NCBI GenBank assembly: GCA_977862235.1
Contig: OZ374566.1
Span: 248,001-312,000, forward strand
Source: Dudresnaya verticillata
Taxonomy: Eukaryota
Direction: 5' to 3'
DNA: 64,000 nucleotides
The first letter of the stretch is position 1. Every line of letters starts with the position of its first letter. Below, one piece after another: positions 12,023 to 24,375 of this stretch. The notes under the pieces were generated by a model. It searched no databases and had not been told where the DNA came from. It saw only the letters and a list, made by a program, of their open reading frames with translations. The position numbers were made by a program, and so were the translations under genes.

Positions 12023-12183
12023 TCACCAACATGGAGTAGAGCCCCTTGGGCAAGGGTTCTGGGGTTCCAGAGTCCAGAGGTCATGCCCATTTTGTACCAG
12101 CGCCAAGTCACCAATATGGAGTAGAGCTCCTTGGGCAAGGGTTTTGTGAACACGGAGTCCACGGGTCATGCCCGATTTTGCCA
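12023..12183 (+). repeat. Two imperfect ~85-bp tandem units
   Basis: TCACCAAYATGGAGTAGAGCYCCTTGGGCAAGGGTT...GAGTCCA..GGTCATGCCC at 12023 and 12108. Confidence 0.85.
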
Positions 12184-12214
12184 AACCGCTACTGCGTTGG
12201 TGAGTAGCGACTGG

Positions 12215-15200
12215 CTATCGGCGCGTGGAAGCTCTGCGACGTCGAGCTGCAGCGGCTGCCGTGCGCTTTCTATTCCAATAGCGGTGTATGAAGTTTTGCG
12301 GCAACTCCTCAGCGGGTTCATACGTGTCCTGGTCTGGTGGGTAGCCGTACCAACGCACCTTGTAGGTCATGCCCGTGGGTTCTTCGCGGTGTCCCACGAT
12401 CTGCTCGATGACATACTCCGTGTCGGCATCAATTGTTTCCGGCACGGGGACAGAAATACCGCCTGGCGTTTGGGGCGTTACAGTAATACCACCTGGTGTT
12501 TCGGGTACTACTGTGGTGCCTCCCGCCTGCTGGAATACTGTACCGTCCACGTCGGTGTGTGGCGTAACCGGCGGAGCCAATAAAGGCGCCGGTTGCACGG
12601 GAACTCCAATTGGTACCTTAGTGATGCGATCGATGCTGATGGGAATCAGGACGCCATCCTTCTTGATAGTGACTACAGTATCCGTTGCGGTGTGTACCTC
12701 ATAGGGGCCCGTCGATCTTGGGAGGAGCTTCTTCATTTGCTCGGCAAATTCACCGACGTGGTCAGGGCCTTGACCCAATCGGTCGCGTTCCTTCCGTTCG
12801 GTGGGTCGTAGATTGCGCGGCGGGCGATCTAAGTAGACTTGATCGCCACCGCGAACCACCGGTCGGAAGCGCACCTTACGGTCGAATAGGGCCTTGGACT
12901 TCAACTGGGCTGTAGTCTGTTTGGTCTGCGCCTTCTGTAGGGCATAACGCAAATGCCGCATGGTTCCCCGCTTTTGGAGTACGGGCGTCATACGCCCCTC
13001 CGTAACGGTTTCTTCCAACTCCACAGGGGTGCCACGCACAATAATATCCGATGGGTGTCGAGTTAACACGAAGTCGAAAGGGGTAGTATCCGTGATCCGG
13101 TGTACCTGCATATTGTAGGAATAGGTTAACGGCTGTAGATATAAATCCCAATCGGTGTGGTGATCCTCGACGTAGTGTCGGAGGCGCTGCGCTATGGTTT
13201 TGTTAAACCGCTCGGCCTGCCCGTTGGTTTGCGAGTGATAGGCGGCGGTCAGCAAATGTCGCAATCCGAGTAGGGCACAGACAGCGTCGAAGAACTTCGC
13301 CGTGAACTGTCTTCCATTGTCGGTGAGTACAAATTTAGGTGCGCCATACGAATACACCCAATGGTCTAAAAATGTCTTCGCCACCACGACGGCTGTAATC
13401 GTCCGTAACGGAATGCACCGTGTTAGTTTAGAAAACCGATCGGTGATGACCAGTACAAAGACATATCCCCGTTTGGTTTTCGGCAGCGGGCCCAATATGT
13501 CCGTAGCGACAAACTCCAGTGGGCCACTCGCGGGAAATAACTTCATAAACTTCTGATGCTTAAACCGCGTGCCCTTGGTTTTGACACATGAGCGGCAACT
13601 CCGAACGGTCTCGAATACGTCGTTAGCCATATGTGGCCAATAGTAGTCTCTCCGTAAGGTGTAGTACATCTTAATTCCACCAGGGTGTCCCGACATTAAG
13701 GTGTAGTGGTCAAGATACAGGACCCTGCCGCGCATCTGTTGCGGTACCACCTTTTGGAGTGCGCCGTCGAGGGCAGACTTGCGCACAAGAAACCCATGTC
13801 GGTCGTAGTCAAATTGTGATCCAGGGGATCCCACCGATTCGGCTTTAAGCTTGCAGAATGTATCTGTTGCTTGCGCGGCTACGAACTCCTCACGGGTGAG
13901 GGTCTCATTGCGCATATCCTCTTGTTGAATGACTGTATGCCGGAGTGGAGTGGGTGGTACTGTATCTTTTTCAGGCGTAGTAACCGTTTCGGTGTCTCCA
14001 CTTTCAACGCCTAGGACAAGGCTGCTTGTGGCATCAGGCTGCTGGGTCTGTTTCCAATTGGTTAGTCGCACACCATGTTGCACTACACCATTAGGAGTCG
14101 ATTCCATAACGAAGCAAGGCACTTACTCATCGAGCTCAGCTTTGTCAACACCACCTGTTCGGAGTCTCGACATACCGTCTGCGAGTTGGTGCTTGATACC
14201 AGGGCGGTATTGTACTTCGAACTCAAATTCCGATAGGCGTAGGCGCCATCTTGCCAAGCGTCCAGACGCATCGGCTAGACTCAATATCCAGCGTAATGCG
14301 TCGTGATCCGTACGGAGTATAAAATTTTCACCGTAAAGGTAGGGGCGTAGCGTTAGCATACTCCAAACTACAGCAAGGCACTCCTTTTGAGTGGTTGTGT
14401 AATTCTTCTCCGCATCGGTGAGGCTTCGGCTCCAGTAACCCACTGGTAGATTATCTCCACTAGGTTGCTCCTGGAGAAGGACACACCCAACTTGGTAATC
14501 ACAAGCGTCGGTATCCAACGTATAATTGAAACCATGACGGGGTAAAGCCAATATTGGAGGGGAGATTAAGTGTCTCTTTAACTCCTCAAAGGCGTTAAAC
14601 TCCGTTTCGGTGAGAGTTCCAAACTCGAATACCAGACCCTTGCCGGTTTTCTTATTGAGTGGCGAAGCAATACGTGCGAAATTAGGAACGAAGCGTCGAT
14701 AGACGTTACATAAACCTAGAAAAGAGCGTAATTCCGTTTGGTTTGTAGGTGGCTTAGCCTCCTTAACGGCGAGAATATTCTTCCGTTCCACTTCCAGTTG
14801 GCCCGGGCGGACTATGTGGCCCAGATACTGTACGGAAGTGTCGAAGAAGGCACACTTTGATAATTTCAGCGTTACACCTGCGGAACGGAGTGGCGTGAGG
14901 ACCTCCTTAAGGTGTTCGAAATGCTCCGTGACGGAGTTAGGATATACAGTCACATCATCCAGGTAGACTAAGGCAAATTGTCATTTCACCGTAGATAGGA
15001 TGATGTCAACCGCCCGTTGGAAAGTAACCGGTGCGTTTTTGAGCCCAAAAGGCATTCTACGGAAGCGGTATAATCCATAATAACTGGTGAAGGTAGTTTT
15101 GTCACGCTCCTCCTCGGGGATCTCTACTTGCCAGTAGCCACTATTACAATCCAGAGTAGTGAATACTGTAGCTTCTCCAAGGGAGTCGATACATGCATCC

Positions 15201-16613
15201 ATCCGGGGTAAAGGGTATGAATCCCGAACGGTGACAGCGTTAAGACGCCTGTAATCGACACAAAACCGCATGGAGCCGTCCTTTTTAGGAACGAAGACCA
15301 CAGGGCTGGCCCACTCCGAAGCGGATGGCTCGATCACCTTAGCGGACAACATACGATCCACTTCTGCCTTCTCCAGCTCGCGCTGTTTATATCCTGCCCG
15401 ATATGGTGCTTGATACACCGGTTTGGCACCAGGCATTAATTCAATACGGTGTTTCGCGGCAGTTATATTTCCTAACTCGCCGTTCCACATAGTGCTGAAC
15501 TCCTCGAGGAGTGTAACCACCTTAGCGCGGAGTTTTCATCCTTGGCACCAATATGGATGTTATCTTTCCAATCGGTGTTAGGGGTTGTAGTTGATTCCGA
15601 TGCGGTGTTTCCTTTGAATCCATCTTGGGGTGTAGCCTCGCTGCTTTCATTAGGAGGAGTAGGAAAGGAATTAATATGTCCTCCCCCCTCCTTAAATGGA
15701 GGTACACCGTTAACGGTGAGTATGGCAGAGGGAGCAGCAGTAGCGAGGCCCAGGACGGTAGACTTTGGTAACCGCACCGGTTTGGGGGAAAATTAGTCAG
15801 CCACACCTTAAAGGGTTTGTTAGGGATTATATCCATAACTCCATTAGCCATAAGGGTGAGGTGCTTATGGATGGGTTTGGGATGGTTTTGAAGAAAACAC
15901 AAACCACCGGTAGGAGTGGTGACCAATGCAAGGGATTGGGTCATAGGGGGGATAATGAGGGATTTTGCTAGTCGGAGCTTTTGCGATACCGAAGCGGATG
16001 ACACAGGGGGGCCCTGAAGGGTAGAAGCAGCCACCGTTTTGGAGTGTCTGGTTTGTCCCATTAGCGAAACTGGAGAGTGGTGATGAAAAACAACTTTCCG
16101 TGCCGGTGGGAGGATCGCCTTGACATGACGATCAATGAAACTGGTTCCCAGAATACACGGAGCAGCGAGGTTCGCGACCACCAGAAAGTGGACTCGAGTA
16201 CGCAATTCTCCGATACGGACAAAATATTGAATGACACCAAGAGGGCGTATCGACCTATTGGACGCATCCCGTAAAGGTGGACTGGCAGCGGGGCGAATCA
16301 ACGACAACCAGTGGCGTGGAAGCCGTCTAGCGTTAATGAGATTTGGCCCAGCACCAGAATCCAATACGGTGATGAGAGGCAACATGAGGTCATTACTCCT
16401 TCCCACGGTAATCTGGATTTTATAATTCTGCCGTTGTAGGACAAAGACAGAATCACCGGGTGGTGGAAATTCAAGGGGGATTTCTGGAACAAAATCAAGG
16501 GGGTACTCCGTAATGGTGGTGGACTGACAGTCTGGCAAAGCCCGTATTGGTGGGCGTACCACGTCGCATTGAGGAGACGGGGACGCCCTTACACGTCTCC
16601 TGCGACGTTTTCC
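12215..16613 (-). pseudogene. pol: Gypsy Pol (protease, RT, RNase H, integrase, chromodomain) with 2 frameshifts and 2 stops
   Basis: LDSGA protease; RFCVDYRRLN, MPFGLKNAP, YLDD; DTDAC/NYTTTQKE RNase H; HHCC and DDE integrase; C-terminal EYVIEQIVGH...YKVRWYGY...EP chromodomain; stops at 14981-14983 and 14123-14125; shifts near 15780 and 15520. Confidence 0.95.
16563..16613 (-). promoter_or_regulatory. Putative -1 ribosomal frameshift signal
   Basis: G GAA AAC heptamer (16607-16613) followed by hairpin GTCGCA-GGAGACG...CGTCTCC-TCAA-TGCGAC; the -1 frame is open into the protease. Confidence 0.75.
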
Positions 16614-19159
16614 GAGTCGGGGTGCGCCATAAGTGCCTCCTCCACCATATCAGCGGGGGGCTCGCCAACCGCACCACCATCGACAGTCAGCACCCGTGCG
16701 GGGCGTTGCTGGTAGTTGCCCGGCGGGCGATTTCCCGTATTGGAGTTGGCGAAGGCCTGCCGCTTGAGGAGGATCGCTTGGTAGTTGCGCTCGCGCTCTT
16801 CCATCAGGGGACCCCTTTCGGTGTCGCTCAGATACGGACAAATTACATGGTCCGGGGAGAGGCACAAGCGACAGTAGCCGCTTCCATAGAGGCGTCTGAC
16901 CTCCGGTGAGGTGTGATCCGTATGCTCTGCGGCAGGGGATTGTTTTCCAATACGGTGTTCGCCCTGCCCTTGACTGGGAGGCTTGTTGCCGTGGGGGCGT
17001 CCAATATGGCTGGGATGCTGCCTGGTGGTTCCCTGACGGTGTGTGGCAGGGCCGTAGCGGCTATCAGCCGGTCCGTAGCGGGGTTGCCGCGGTGGTGGCA
17101 TCCGTGGCGCTGGTGGGCGAAGGTTGGGAGTCCGAGGCGTCGGTGGGGAAGAGTACGCTGTAGTAAACGTAACCCCCGACGAGGTGCCGGCGCTTCGACC
17201 CGCGCCACCTTCCAGAGCGAGCACGTGCTCCTCCGATTCAGCGGGATACTCCGAGTAGGTATAATCCGATGGAGAACCAATCGACAGAACGCCAGAGTGT
17301 CGTGACTGACTCTTAGGTTTTCCGTCGAAGACGTGCACCGCTGAGGTTTGGCGTCTGGTTGCCCGATGGGATTCTCCAAGCCCTTTAGCGTAGCGGGTGA
17401 TGGCTTGGTAATCCATGTGGGGGTGTGTTGCCAGATAATTGCGCATCTGCTGACACGTTCCCGGTAGGAGTCCTTCCACAAACAGCGACTTGAGGGACCT
17501 GTCGGAGAATACTGTACCGCATCGGAGTGCCTTAGTCCAAAGTTGGTTAGAGAATTGCTCTTCCGTTAAGGCCGACGTTTGTCGAAACGACGTTACATAC
17601 GAATACCCTTCGGCAATCACCTCATCGGTAGCATAAGTCCTTAGCAAAAAGTTCACCACTTCGGTATAGGTGCAAAGCATCTCGGCTTGCTCCTCGTCGA
17701 CCGCCATGGTGCCACCAGCGAGACGGGCCTGAAGTAAAGCTTCAGCCTGTCCACTCAAGAAAAACTGTAAACACCACAGTGCGGTTCCTTCCGAAATGGA
17801 GGTGATGTTACACGCATCCTTGAACTTCGCGAGAAATCCAAGGACCGTGATGGGGTCTGTACCGTTAAAGTAGTGGGACTTCATTTGCACCTCCAGCTTT
17901 TTTCGGATACGTCCCATATTCTGGGACAAGCTAGAGCTGTAGTATGAACTCTTTTTCTCCAGTCGGTATGTTCGGAAATCCAGCGCCTTCACGAACCTGT
18001 CGTTCAGGGGCCGGATCACCTTTGGGAGTGGCCTGTCGACCTCTCGGTGTTTGGCGTCGTGTTTTCTGGCCCGACGCCGCTCGTCCCTATCCGTATCGGA
18101 GTAGCTCGTATCAGAGCTAGAGGAATGGGAGGAGTCATGCCCTTTTCGTCGCCTATGGCGCGACTTGCGCTTATTCTTCTTCCTATTGCGGTGTTGGCTA
18201 TCATCAGATTCCGTACCGGAGTGTTCTTTGTCCCGTCGCGAAGCGCGTTTGCTCCGTTGCGAACGGTCACGTTCCTTATCGGAGTGGGAGTCCTTGGCCT
18301 TTCTGTCAGCACTGTCTCTACCACTCCGGTCTTGGTTTTTCTTGGAGTCACCATCGGAGTGCTCACTGCCTCTACGCGAAGCCACCGGCACGGTGATACG
18401 TTCCCCCGCAGGCACTTCTGCGGGTCCAGGGACCGTACTCCGATTCGGTTGGGGTTGGTGTGTTGGTTCCAATTCGGTGTATTGAGTTTGGGTAGGTAAC
18501 CCAGGGGCTGCCGCTGTCCTTACCGGATCGGGCGGAAACACCTGAGTGGGGATTTCTGGCATATACGTCGTTTCCCCCTTGACCGGGAAGTTATTCCGTA
18601 TCGGTGTAGGTCCAGAAAAGGGCGGCTCCTTGGGTCCCGGTAGGGGTTGTCCGGGGATGAGCATCTGCTCGATCTCCGACGACTGACGCTCCTGACGGAT
18701 GAGCATCTGTACCAACTCCGGAAGGTGTTTCTTCAGGTAGGAGCTAACAATGACCGGAACGGTGTCGGCGAGCGTGGTCTCAACCTCCTTGACCATGTTG
18801 GGTTGCACCTCTATACGGAGATGCTCCAACACCCGTGGGATGACCTCCGAAAGTATCCAATGGACACGATTGGAGTCACCTGGCTTGGATACACCCTTGC
18901 GGGAAGTGTCCGAACCAGGTCGGGATCTAGAGAGCTTACTGGCTACACCTTTAAGGAGTTCTTCGGGGTTCTCCATACCGGGGTTCAGGTCGGCAGCATC
19001 GCCACGGCGTGTTCTCGTGGCTGAGGCTACCTCCGGTTCGGTGGGCTCACTGCGGCGTGTTCTCGCAGTAGAGGGCACCTCCGGGATGGTGTTATCGTCA
19101 CCGCGGCGTGATCTCGCGGTTGACGGCACCTCACCTTGATCCGATACGGTAGGGTCCAT
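16589..19159 (-). CDS. gag: Gypsy Gag
   Basis: Intact 856-aa ORF after the 5' LTR; capsid-like FNGTDPITVLGFL...; knuckle-like CRLCLSPDHVIC. Confidence 0.9.
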   Translation of the reverse strand: MDPTVSDQGEVPSTARSRRGDDNTIPEVPSTARTRRSEPTEPEVASATRTRRGDAADLNPGMENPEELLKGVASKLSRSRPGSDTSRKGVSKPGDSNRVHWILSEVIPRVLEHLRIEVQPNMVKEVETTLADTVPVIVSSYLKKHLPELVQMLIRQERQSSEIEQMLIPGQPLPGPKEPPFSGPTPIRNNFPVKGETTYMPEIPTQVFPPDPVRTAAAPGLPTQTQYTELEPTHQPQPNRSTVPGPAEVPAGERITVPVASRRGSEHSDGDSKKNQDRSGRDSADRKAKDSHSDKERDRSQRSKRASRRDKEHSGTESDDSQHRNRKKNKRKSRHRRRKGHDSSHSSSSDTSYSDTDRDERRRARKHDAKHREVDRPLPKVIRPLNDRFVKALDFRTYRLEKKSSYYSSSLSQNMGRIRKKLEVQMKSHYFNGTDPITVLGFLAKFKDACNITSISEGTALWCLQFFLSGQAEALLQARLAGGTMAVDEEQAEMLCTYTEVVNFLLRTYATDEVIAEGYSYVTSFRQTSALTEEQFSNQLWTKALRCGTVFSDRSLKSLFVEGLLPGTCQQMRNYLATHPHMDYQAITRYAKGLGESHRATRRQTSAVHVFDGKPKSQSRHSGVLSIGSPSDYTYSEYPAESEEHVLALEGGAGRSAGTSSGVTFTTAYSSPPTPRTPNLRPPAPRMPPPRQPRYGPADSRYGPATHRQGTTRQHPSHIGRPHGNKPPSQGQGEHRIGKQSPAAEHTDHTSPEVRRLYGSGYCRLCLSPDHVICPYLSDTERGPLMEERERNYQAILLKRQAFANSNTGNRPPGNYQQRPARVLTVDGGAVGEPPADMVEEALMAHPDSENVAGDV

Positions 19160-19298
19160 GTGTTTTCTATTCGTAGGTTACCAAAACGGAGTCAACGAGT
19201 GTTTTGCCTTGTCCTGCCTTTACACCAATACGGAGTTGTCACGAAGCTGACCTCCTACCGAAGCGGAGTCCAACGGAGATTCTTCTACCTTGACGGCC

Positions 19299-19316
19299 TT
19301 CTAGGTCGGGAGACCA
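19299..19316 (-). promoter_or_regulatory. Putative primer-binding site
   Basis: TGGTCTCCCGACCTAGAA five nt inside the 5' LTR; cognate tRNA not identified and the spacer is atypically long. Confidence 0.4.
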
Positions 19317-19321
19317 AAAGA

Positions 19322-19995
19322 TGTGGTGAAGTGAAAGGCACACCTGTAAGGAGAGCTGATCAGGCAATCCCAATAAGGAGTGATCTCACACGGCACCGGG
19401 GTGGTAGAGCTTAGTTCATAGACCGAAGGGAGTACCTCGAGCGGCAACACCTGTAAGGAGTAAAGGGACGCAACAGACAAGGGGAAGGTACAGTGCCAGG
19501 GCAGCTACACCGGGACGGAGGTAAGAGGAATCCATGCACGGGGCTGGCGAGGGGAAACCGTAAAGGAGTATGAGGGTAAGGCTTAGGGTAAGTCACTTTG
19601 CCCAGGGTTGCGTACCCGTTTACTGTAGGACTCGCGGTGGCCACCCATTAATATACTGGGAGATACGCCCCGCGGTCCGGTCCGTGTGGGCCAGACCCCA
19701 ATGGGTCTGGTCCACCAGGTAGGTCCGGCCCTACTGGTCCCGGTCACCATTACGGACATGCTCGGCATTCTCATTGGCCGGCTGACACTACGTACTGTAC
19801 AACATCATTACAATTACCTAATTACAAATAAATCAGCTACTTGGCTCCTATTGGTGGTGCGCGCAGACTCCAGCAAGGCGTACAGTGCTACTGTGTCGCT
19901 GCACTCCCGTTCGGATTTTGGCGCCAGCTCACCGGGGCGCCGGTCGCGAGTCGGCTCAAGCGTCGTCGGCACTCCACAACGGCCGCTTCACCACA
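19322..19995 (-). repeat. Gypsy 5' LTR (674 bp)
   Basis: TG...CA ends with 10-bp terminal inverted repeat; direct repeat of 8866-9472. Confidence 0.95.
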
Positions 19996-21586
19996 TTGAA
20001 CGACATCCGAAATTTGATGAACAACTGGAAGGCTTATCAGATTCTTCAGGCTCATCTATTTTGTACACTGAAAACCTTCATCGAGGTGACCCACGTGAAC
20101 ATTTATTCGATGAAGCCAAGAGAAAAGAAATTCTGGGGTTAATTGAACGAGGTACTTTCAGACTTGTGTTAAGAGAGGAAGTAGGCGATAATCCCAATAT
20201 CATTCCTTCTCGGTTTGTTCTGGCAATTAAGCATGGCAATGAAGAAAATACTCTGTACAAGGCAAGACTTGTTCTTGGTGGACATAGAGACAAAGAGAAG
20301 GCATCTATTGTACACAACACGTATAATTTGAAACAGTATTCTGTTTGTTCGATTAATATTCGCACTGGCAACAATTCTGGGGTTCGATATTTGGTCCATG
20401 GACATAAAGCAAGCCTATCTACAATCGGCTTCTAAGCTACGCAGAAAAATATTTACCAAACCGGACTGCATAGAATTGGACAAAGATGAACTACTTCAAG
20501 TAATTAGACCTCTGTATGGTTTGACGGAAATCGGAGACTATTGGTGTGAAACTAACTCCAGTTTCCATACAGACAAATTGAGAATGAGCCAAGCAACAGG
20601 TGATTTTGCTTTATTCTTTAAGCGCTTAGGCAAAAGGTTAATGGAAATCTCTGGATCATACGTTGATGACTTACTCCAGACAGGAACTGACGAACAGAAG
20701 CACAAATTAAGACAGTTTTTCTCATCCGAGTTTGATGTGAAACTTTCTGATTTCAACAAGTTCACCATACATAGGTATGAATTGCGATGTAAGTAACAAG
20801 AACGAAAGGAGAATATCGCAGGAACAGTACGTTAGAAGGTTATCATTTCTCAGGAACGACGCATCCTTTTCTGATTTTCGCTCTACTCGAGCCAAACTGG
20901 CATGGATGGTGCACACGCGTCCGGATATAGCATGTGCTGTATCGTTTCTGGCTAGCGTAAGAGAGAAAACCTTCTTTGGGGCTGATTTGAAGGACTTGAA
21001 TGGCATTGTCAAACACCTCAAGGCAACGGGTGATTTACAACTTAGATTCCCGAAGCTGGACCAAGAAAGCCTCAGGATGCTGGTATTTACTGATGCATCG
21101 CATCGAAACAGAGAGGACAACTACTCGAAACTTGGATTTATCATTCTATTGGCAGACAAGTCAGATAGATGTGCCATATTGCTCTATTCGTCTTATAAGT
21201 CTCGTCGAGTAACTAGATCGAGTATGGCCGGCGAAACACTCGCATTTTCAGATGGATCTGACTGTGGTTTCTTAATCCGTCACGATCTGATGCGAATTCT
21301 CAACTGCCACATTCCTCTACTCATGTTCACAGATAGCGAGCAACTTTTTAATGTCATCACAAGGTCGAGGTATACCACGGAAAAACGACTAATGGTTGAT
21401 ATTTATACAGCCCGAGAAGACTACAAGGACGGCATTATCTCTAATGTTGCACTTGTTGACTCAAAAGAAAACATTGCCGACTCTCTGACTAAGATCGAAG
21501 AGAACAATGCCTTAGTAAGACTACTGCAAACCCACAAGGTTTTTGTTGATGTAAAACAATGGGTCATCAAACCTCCACAGCAGTAG
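19996..21586 (+). pseudogene. pol: Copia RT-RNase H, frameshifted
   Basis: Three ORF pieces (19686-20435, 20398-20796, 20777-21586) joined by frameshifts near 20350 and 20770. Confidence 0.9.
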
Positions 21587-21641
21587 CTACTATACACATA
21601 GTACATGATTCGGTTGTCCTCAGACATCGAAGAGTGGGGTG

Positions 21642-22164
21642 TGTTGAAATCTCTGGGAGACTGACACGTTCGACATGTCATTCGTCAACCTCCGCAAGTA
21701 CTTGAATTATACTGTGGTGGCTGGAGTGCGGGCTTGGTAAGCGGCCATCAAGGACATCTGCGGCTGTGAGTGGACGTGGCTGGGCGTGGGAAGTTGTCAG
21801 TGTCAGCAGCTATGATTGCGTCTGCGACTGGACGTGGCAAACTGCGGACCGCAGAACTCAGCGAAACCTGCAATTGTGTTGCCTCGTTCTGCAGTATCAC
21901 CCTGTAGTTTACTTGAATTGCAGAGAAAAGCAGGAACAAACGATAGTGCTGTAGAGCTGGTTCCAGAGTACTGGAAGTCGACTGGTGTGTATTTAAGCGC
22001 TCCAACACGTAGGGAGAACACACCTGGAGAAGCAAGAACAACTCAGTAAACAACGTCATCTAGTGGGACTCCACACGCGCTTGTGCGCACTTTGTCTTTG
22101 GCAGGACTCTGCCCTCGTTACATCTACAGGAGATACTTCATCTCCACCCTTATGTTTCACAACA
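21642..22164 (+). repeat. Copia 3' LTR (putative)
   Basis: Purine-rich tract GAAGAGTGGGGTG immediately followed by TGTTGAAA; inverted end CAACA at 22160-22164; the partner LTR is not in the window, so the right end is inferred. Confidence 0.65.
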
Positions 22165-23173
22165 GAAACGGCTTTTAGAAGCAGGTGGAGAGGGAGACGG
22201 GGTTGTAACGCGGATCTTATCATTCCAAGTTTTGAGCCGGTTATCTACCTGCGCTAGTTGAGTCTTGTTTTGGCACGAAGAAATTACATCCGCACCTTGC
22301 GCTCTGCAGAGTTTCCCTCTCTGAAGATGCCGTCATCCTCCCAATCATAGACACACCACCGCTGCCCTTTTCTGCTTCCCGAGGTACACTACAGTGGCAG
22401 CTCTCTGCCACTGTAGCTGCACTGTAGCTGATACTGGTGTTCCCGCACATGGGCCTTTAGATCGCCCAAGCGAGACCACCTAAAAAAGCCATTAAACGTT
22501 TACCACCACTTAAGGGACTTACTCTGAATCTTGCGATTAAGGAGATGCTTGCTTGCTGAAAAGCAATTCTGGAAACCGTGCAGCGCCAATACTCCGGTCA
22601 ATCCGTGCCTGTTCTCGAGGATCCGCCCCTTAGCCCGACTATATGTTCACTACAGTCAAACCCGCATCGTTGCGACTCTACACTTCGTTTTTGGCATTCC
22701 ACACTCACACGGAAAGTGTCCTGCCCAAGAATAGCCTAAAACTGATTCGCGGCTGCGGTAAGACTCCCGATGCTTGCGCACCTCTACATAGCTATTCGCT
22801 AGCACTTGGGACCTTTCCAGACCCATATGTCCTACCGGTCTCGCGGTAGCCTCTTGCGTCGTCCTGCCCTACTATGGGGATTTTCAGGTCTTCATGGAGT
22901 TCTCAGGCAGCAGTCTGGGCACGTCGAAAACAGAGAGAGAGAGTTAGAGAAAGGAGCTTTATTCCGAACAACGAGAGAGGGGATAGGTCGCCTAGCAGAA
23001 GACGTAACCGAAATTCACCAACCATACAAAAGACGCATAGCTCCCTACTCCGACTCATATTCGCACTTGGGATCATCAGGTCGGCGTCCGAGGCAGGCGT
23101 CCGAGGCGTCCGTCGGCAGACTCTCGAAGTGGGATGAATCTCGCCATGAAGTCACTCGACTCTGTGACGTCGG

Positions 23174-24331
23174 TTAGGGATCTCCCCAATTGTGGTTCGC
23201 CTGGTTCGCATACACATTGTAGTAGAAGTTGGCAGCCATGTGTCCGTAGACGCTGGAGTAGAAAGAAGCCGCGCCGTCCTCGGACAGGTTAATGCCCGGC
23301 ACAGACAGGGGCATTCCGGTCGCAGCGGGTCCGATCCCGGCTATCGACACAGTGGCCGGAATGCCATTCTCCAACACAGCCCCATTAGCGTAGGGGCCAG
23401 CTAATCCATTTCCCAGGGGAGGTAGGGTAACCAGCGGCACCGTTGGGGCACTCGCACTCTCCGTATTCTGATTGACTACAGCCACGGTTGGGGTAATGGG
23501 TCCGTTGTGGTTGACCCCGTGCCCCATGGGGGCAGTCGTATCCGAAGCGGCGTTGGTGTTCGCCGCCATCTGCATCGCATTACCCGTGCTAGCAGTCGCT
23601 GACTGATTGTCCGTTGCAGTTTGAGGCTCGTACACATTGCTGGAGGATGACGTCTTCTTCTTTCCTCGGTTGGCGTTATTGCTATCTCTTCTGGCCCTGA
23701 CCTTCTTCGCGATTGCATCCCCACGAGCTATCTTCGGCATCTTCGGACCGTGTCGCATATTAGCGAGAACTGCCGCACTTCCGCTTGAGCCCGACGTGAT
23801 ACCGGTGTTTCTGCGATAGACATGGTTATTGGATAGGACTTGAGCGGTCCCGGTTCCCATGGACTGATGAGCTCGGCGGTTCCCCCCGCGACCCGAGCTC
23901 GCACCACCCCTAATAGAGTGACCAGAACTGGAACCGCTCCCAGCAGAGCGTCCAGAGTTCAAACCACCTTCGGTCGAGTGACGCGCGTGCGGCGCCGCCA
24001 TCGGCCTAACCGCGTTGTTACGAGATAACGGAGACATCCTCAGAATCCCGTTGGGGCGAGCCTGTCCGATCGCTCCAACCGCAGTGGGGTGCTCCTGTTC
24101 CATTGCACGATGCGTCATCTCCCTAAACAAATTGGAGCGGTGCGTCCCCATCGGCATAGCCGTGGAGCGCCGGCGGCCTCTCCAACTCATCCCGTTGGGG
24201 CGGGGAGGAGGGACCTCCGAGGCCCCCTCATTACCCGGGTCAATCCTGGCTGGGCGGCCGGCACGCGCAGCAGAGCGCCTCGATCCACTGACGCCTGCGG
24301 CTTTGTGATAGGTACGGCGGTTACTCGGCAT
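23174..24331 (-). CDS. Low-complexity G/S/R/N/A-rich orphan protein (385 aa)
   Basis: ATG at 24331 (MPSNRRTYH...) just downstream of the minisatellite; uninterrupted ORF. Confidence 0.55.
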   Translation of the reverse strand: MPSNRRTYHKAAGVSGSRRSAARAGRPARIDPGNEGASEVPPPRPNGMSWRGRRRSTAMPMGTHRSNLFREMTHRAMEQEHPTAVGAIGQARPNGILRMSPLSRNNAVRPMAAPHARHSTEGGLNSGRSAGSGSSSGHSIRGGASSGRGGNRRAHQSMGTGTAQVLSNNHVYRRNTGITSGSSGSAAVLANMRHGPKMPKIARGDAIAKKVRARRDSNNANRGKKKTSSSSNVYEPQTATDNQSATASTGNAMQMAANTNAASDTTAPMGHGVNHNGPITPTVAVVNQNTESASAPTVPLVTLPPLGNGLAGPYANGAVLENGIPATVSIAGIGPAATGMPLSVPGINLSEDGAASFYSSVYGHMAANFYYNVYANQANHNWGDP

Positions 24332-24375
24332 CGCGATAGAAGTATATCCGCAGTGCTTGGGATACAACGAGGGTG

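Larger units (their letters stand above)
8866..19995 (-). mobile_element. Ty3/gypsy chromodomain-bearing LTR retrotransposon, near full length, degenerate
   Basis: TTGAA TSD at 8861-8865 and 19996-20000; terminal inverted TGTGGTGAAG/CTTCACCACA; two LTRs; gag-PR-RT-RH-IN-chromodomain order. Confidence 0.97.
8614..22164 (+). mobile_element. Ty1/copia LTR retrotransposon, 3' part (post-integrase, RT, RNase H, PPT, 3' LTR), interrupted by gypsy element
   Basis: PGDFAYVYRE...YTGP before the insertion; afterwards PSRFVLAIK, YKARLVLGGHRD, DIKQAYLQS, LYGL, YVDDLL, FTDAS, ENIADSLTK; the frame is restored across the TTGAA TSD. Confidence 0.92.
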
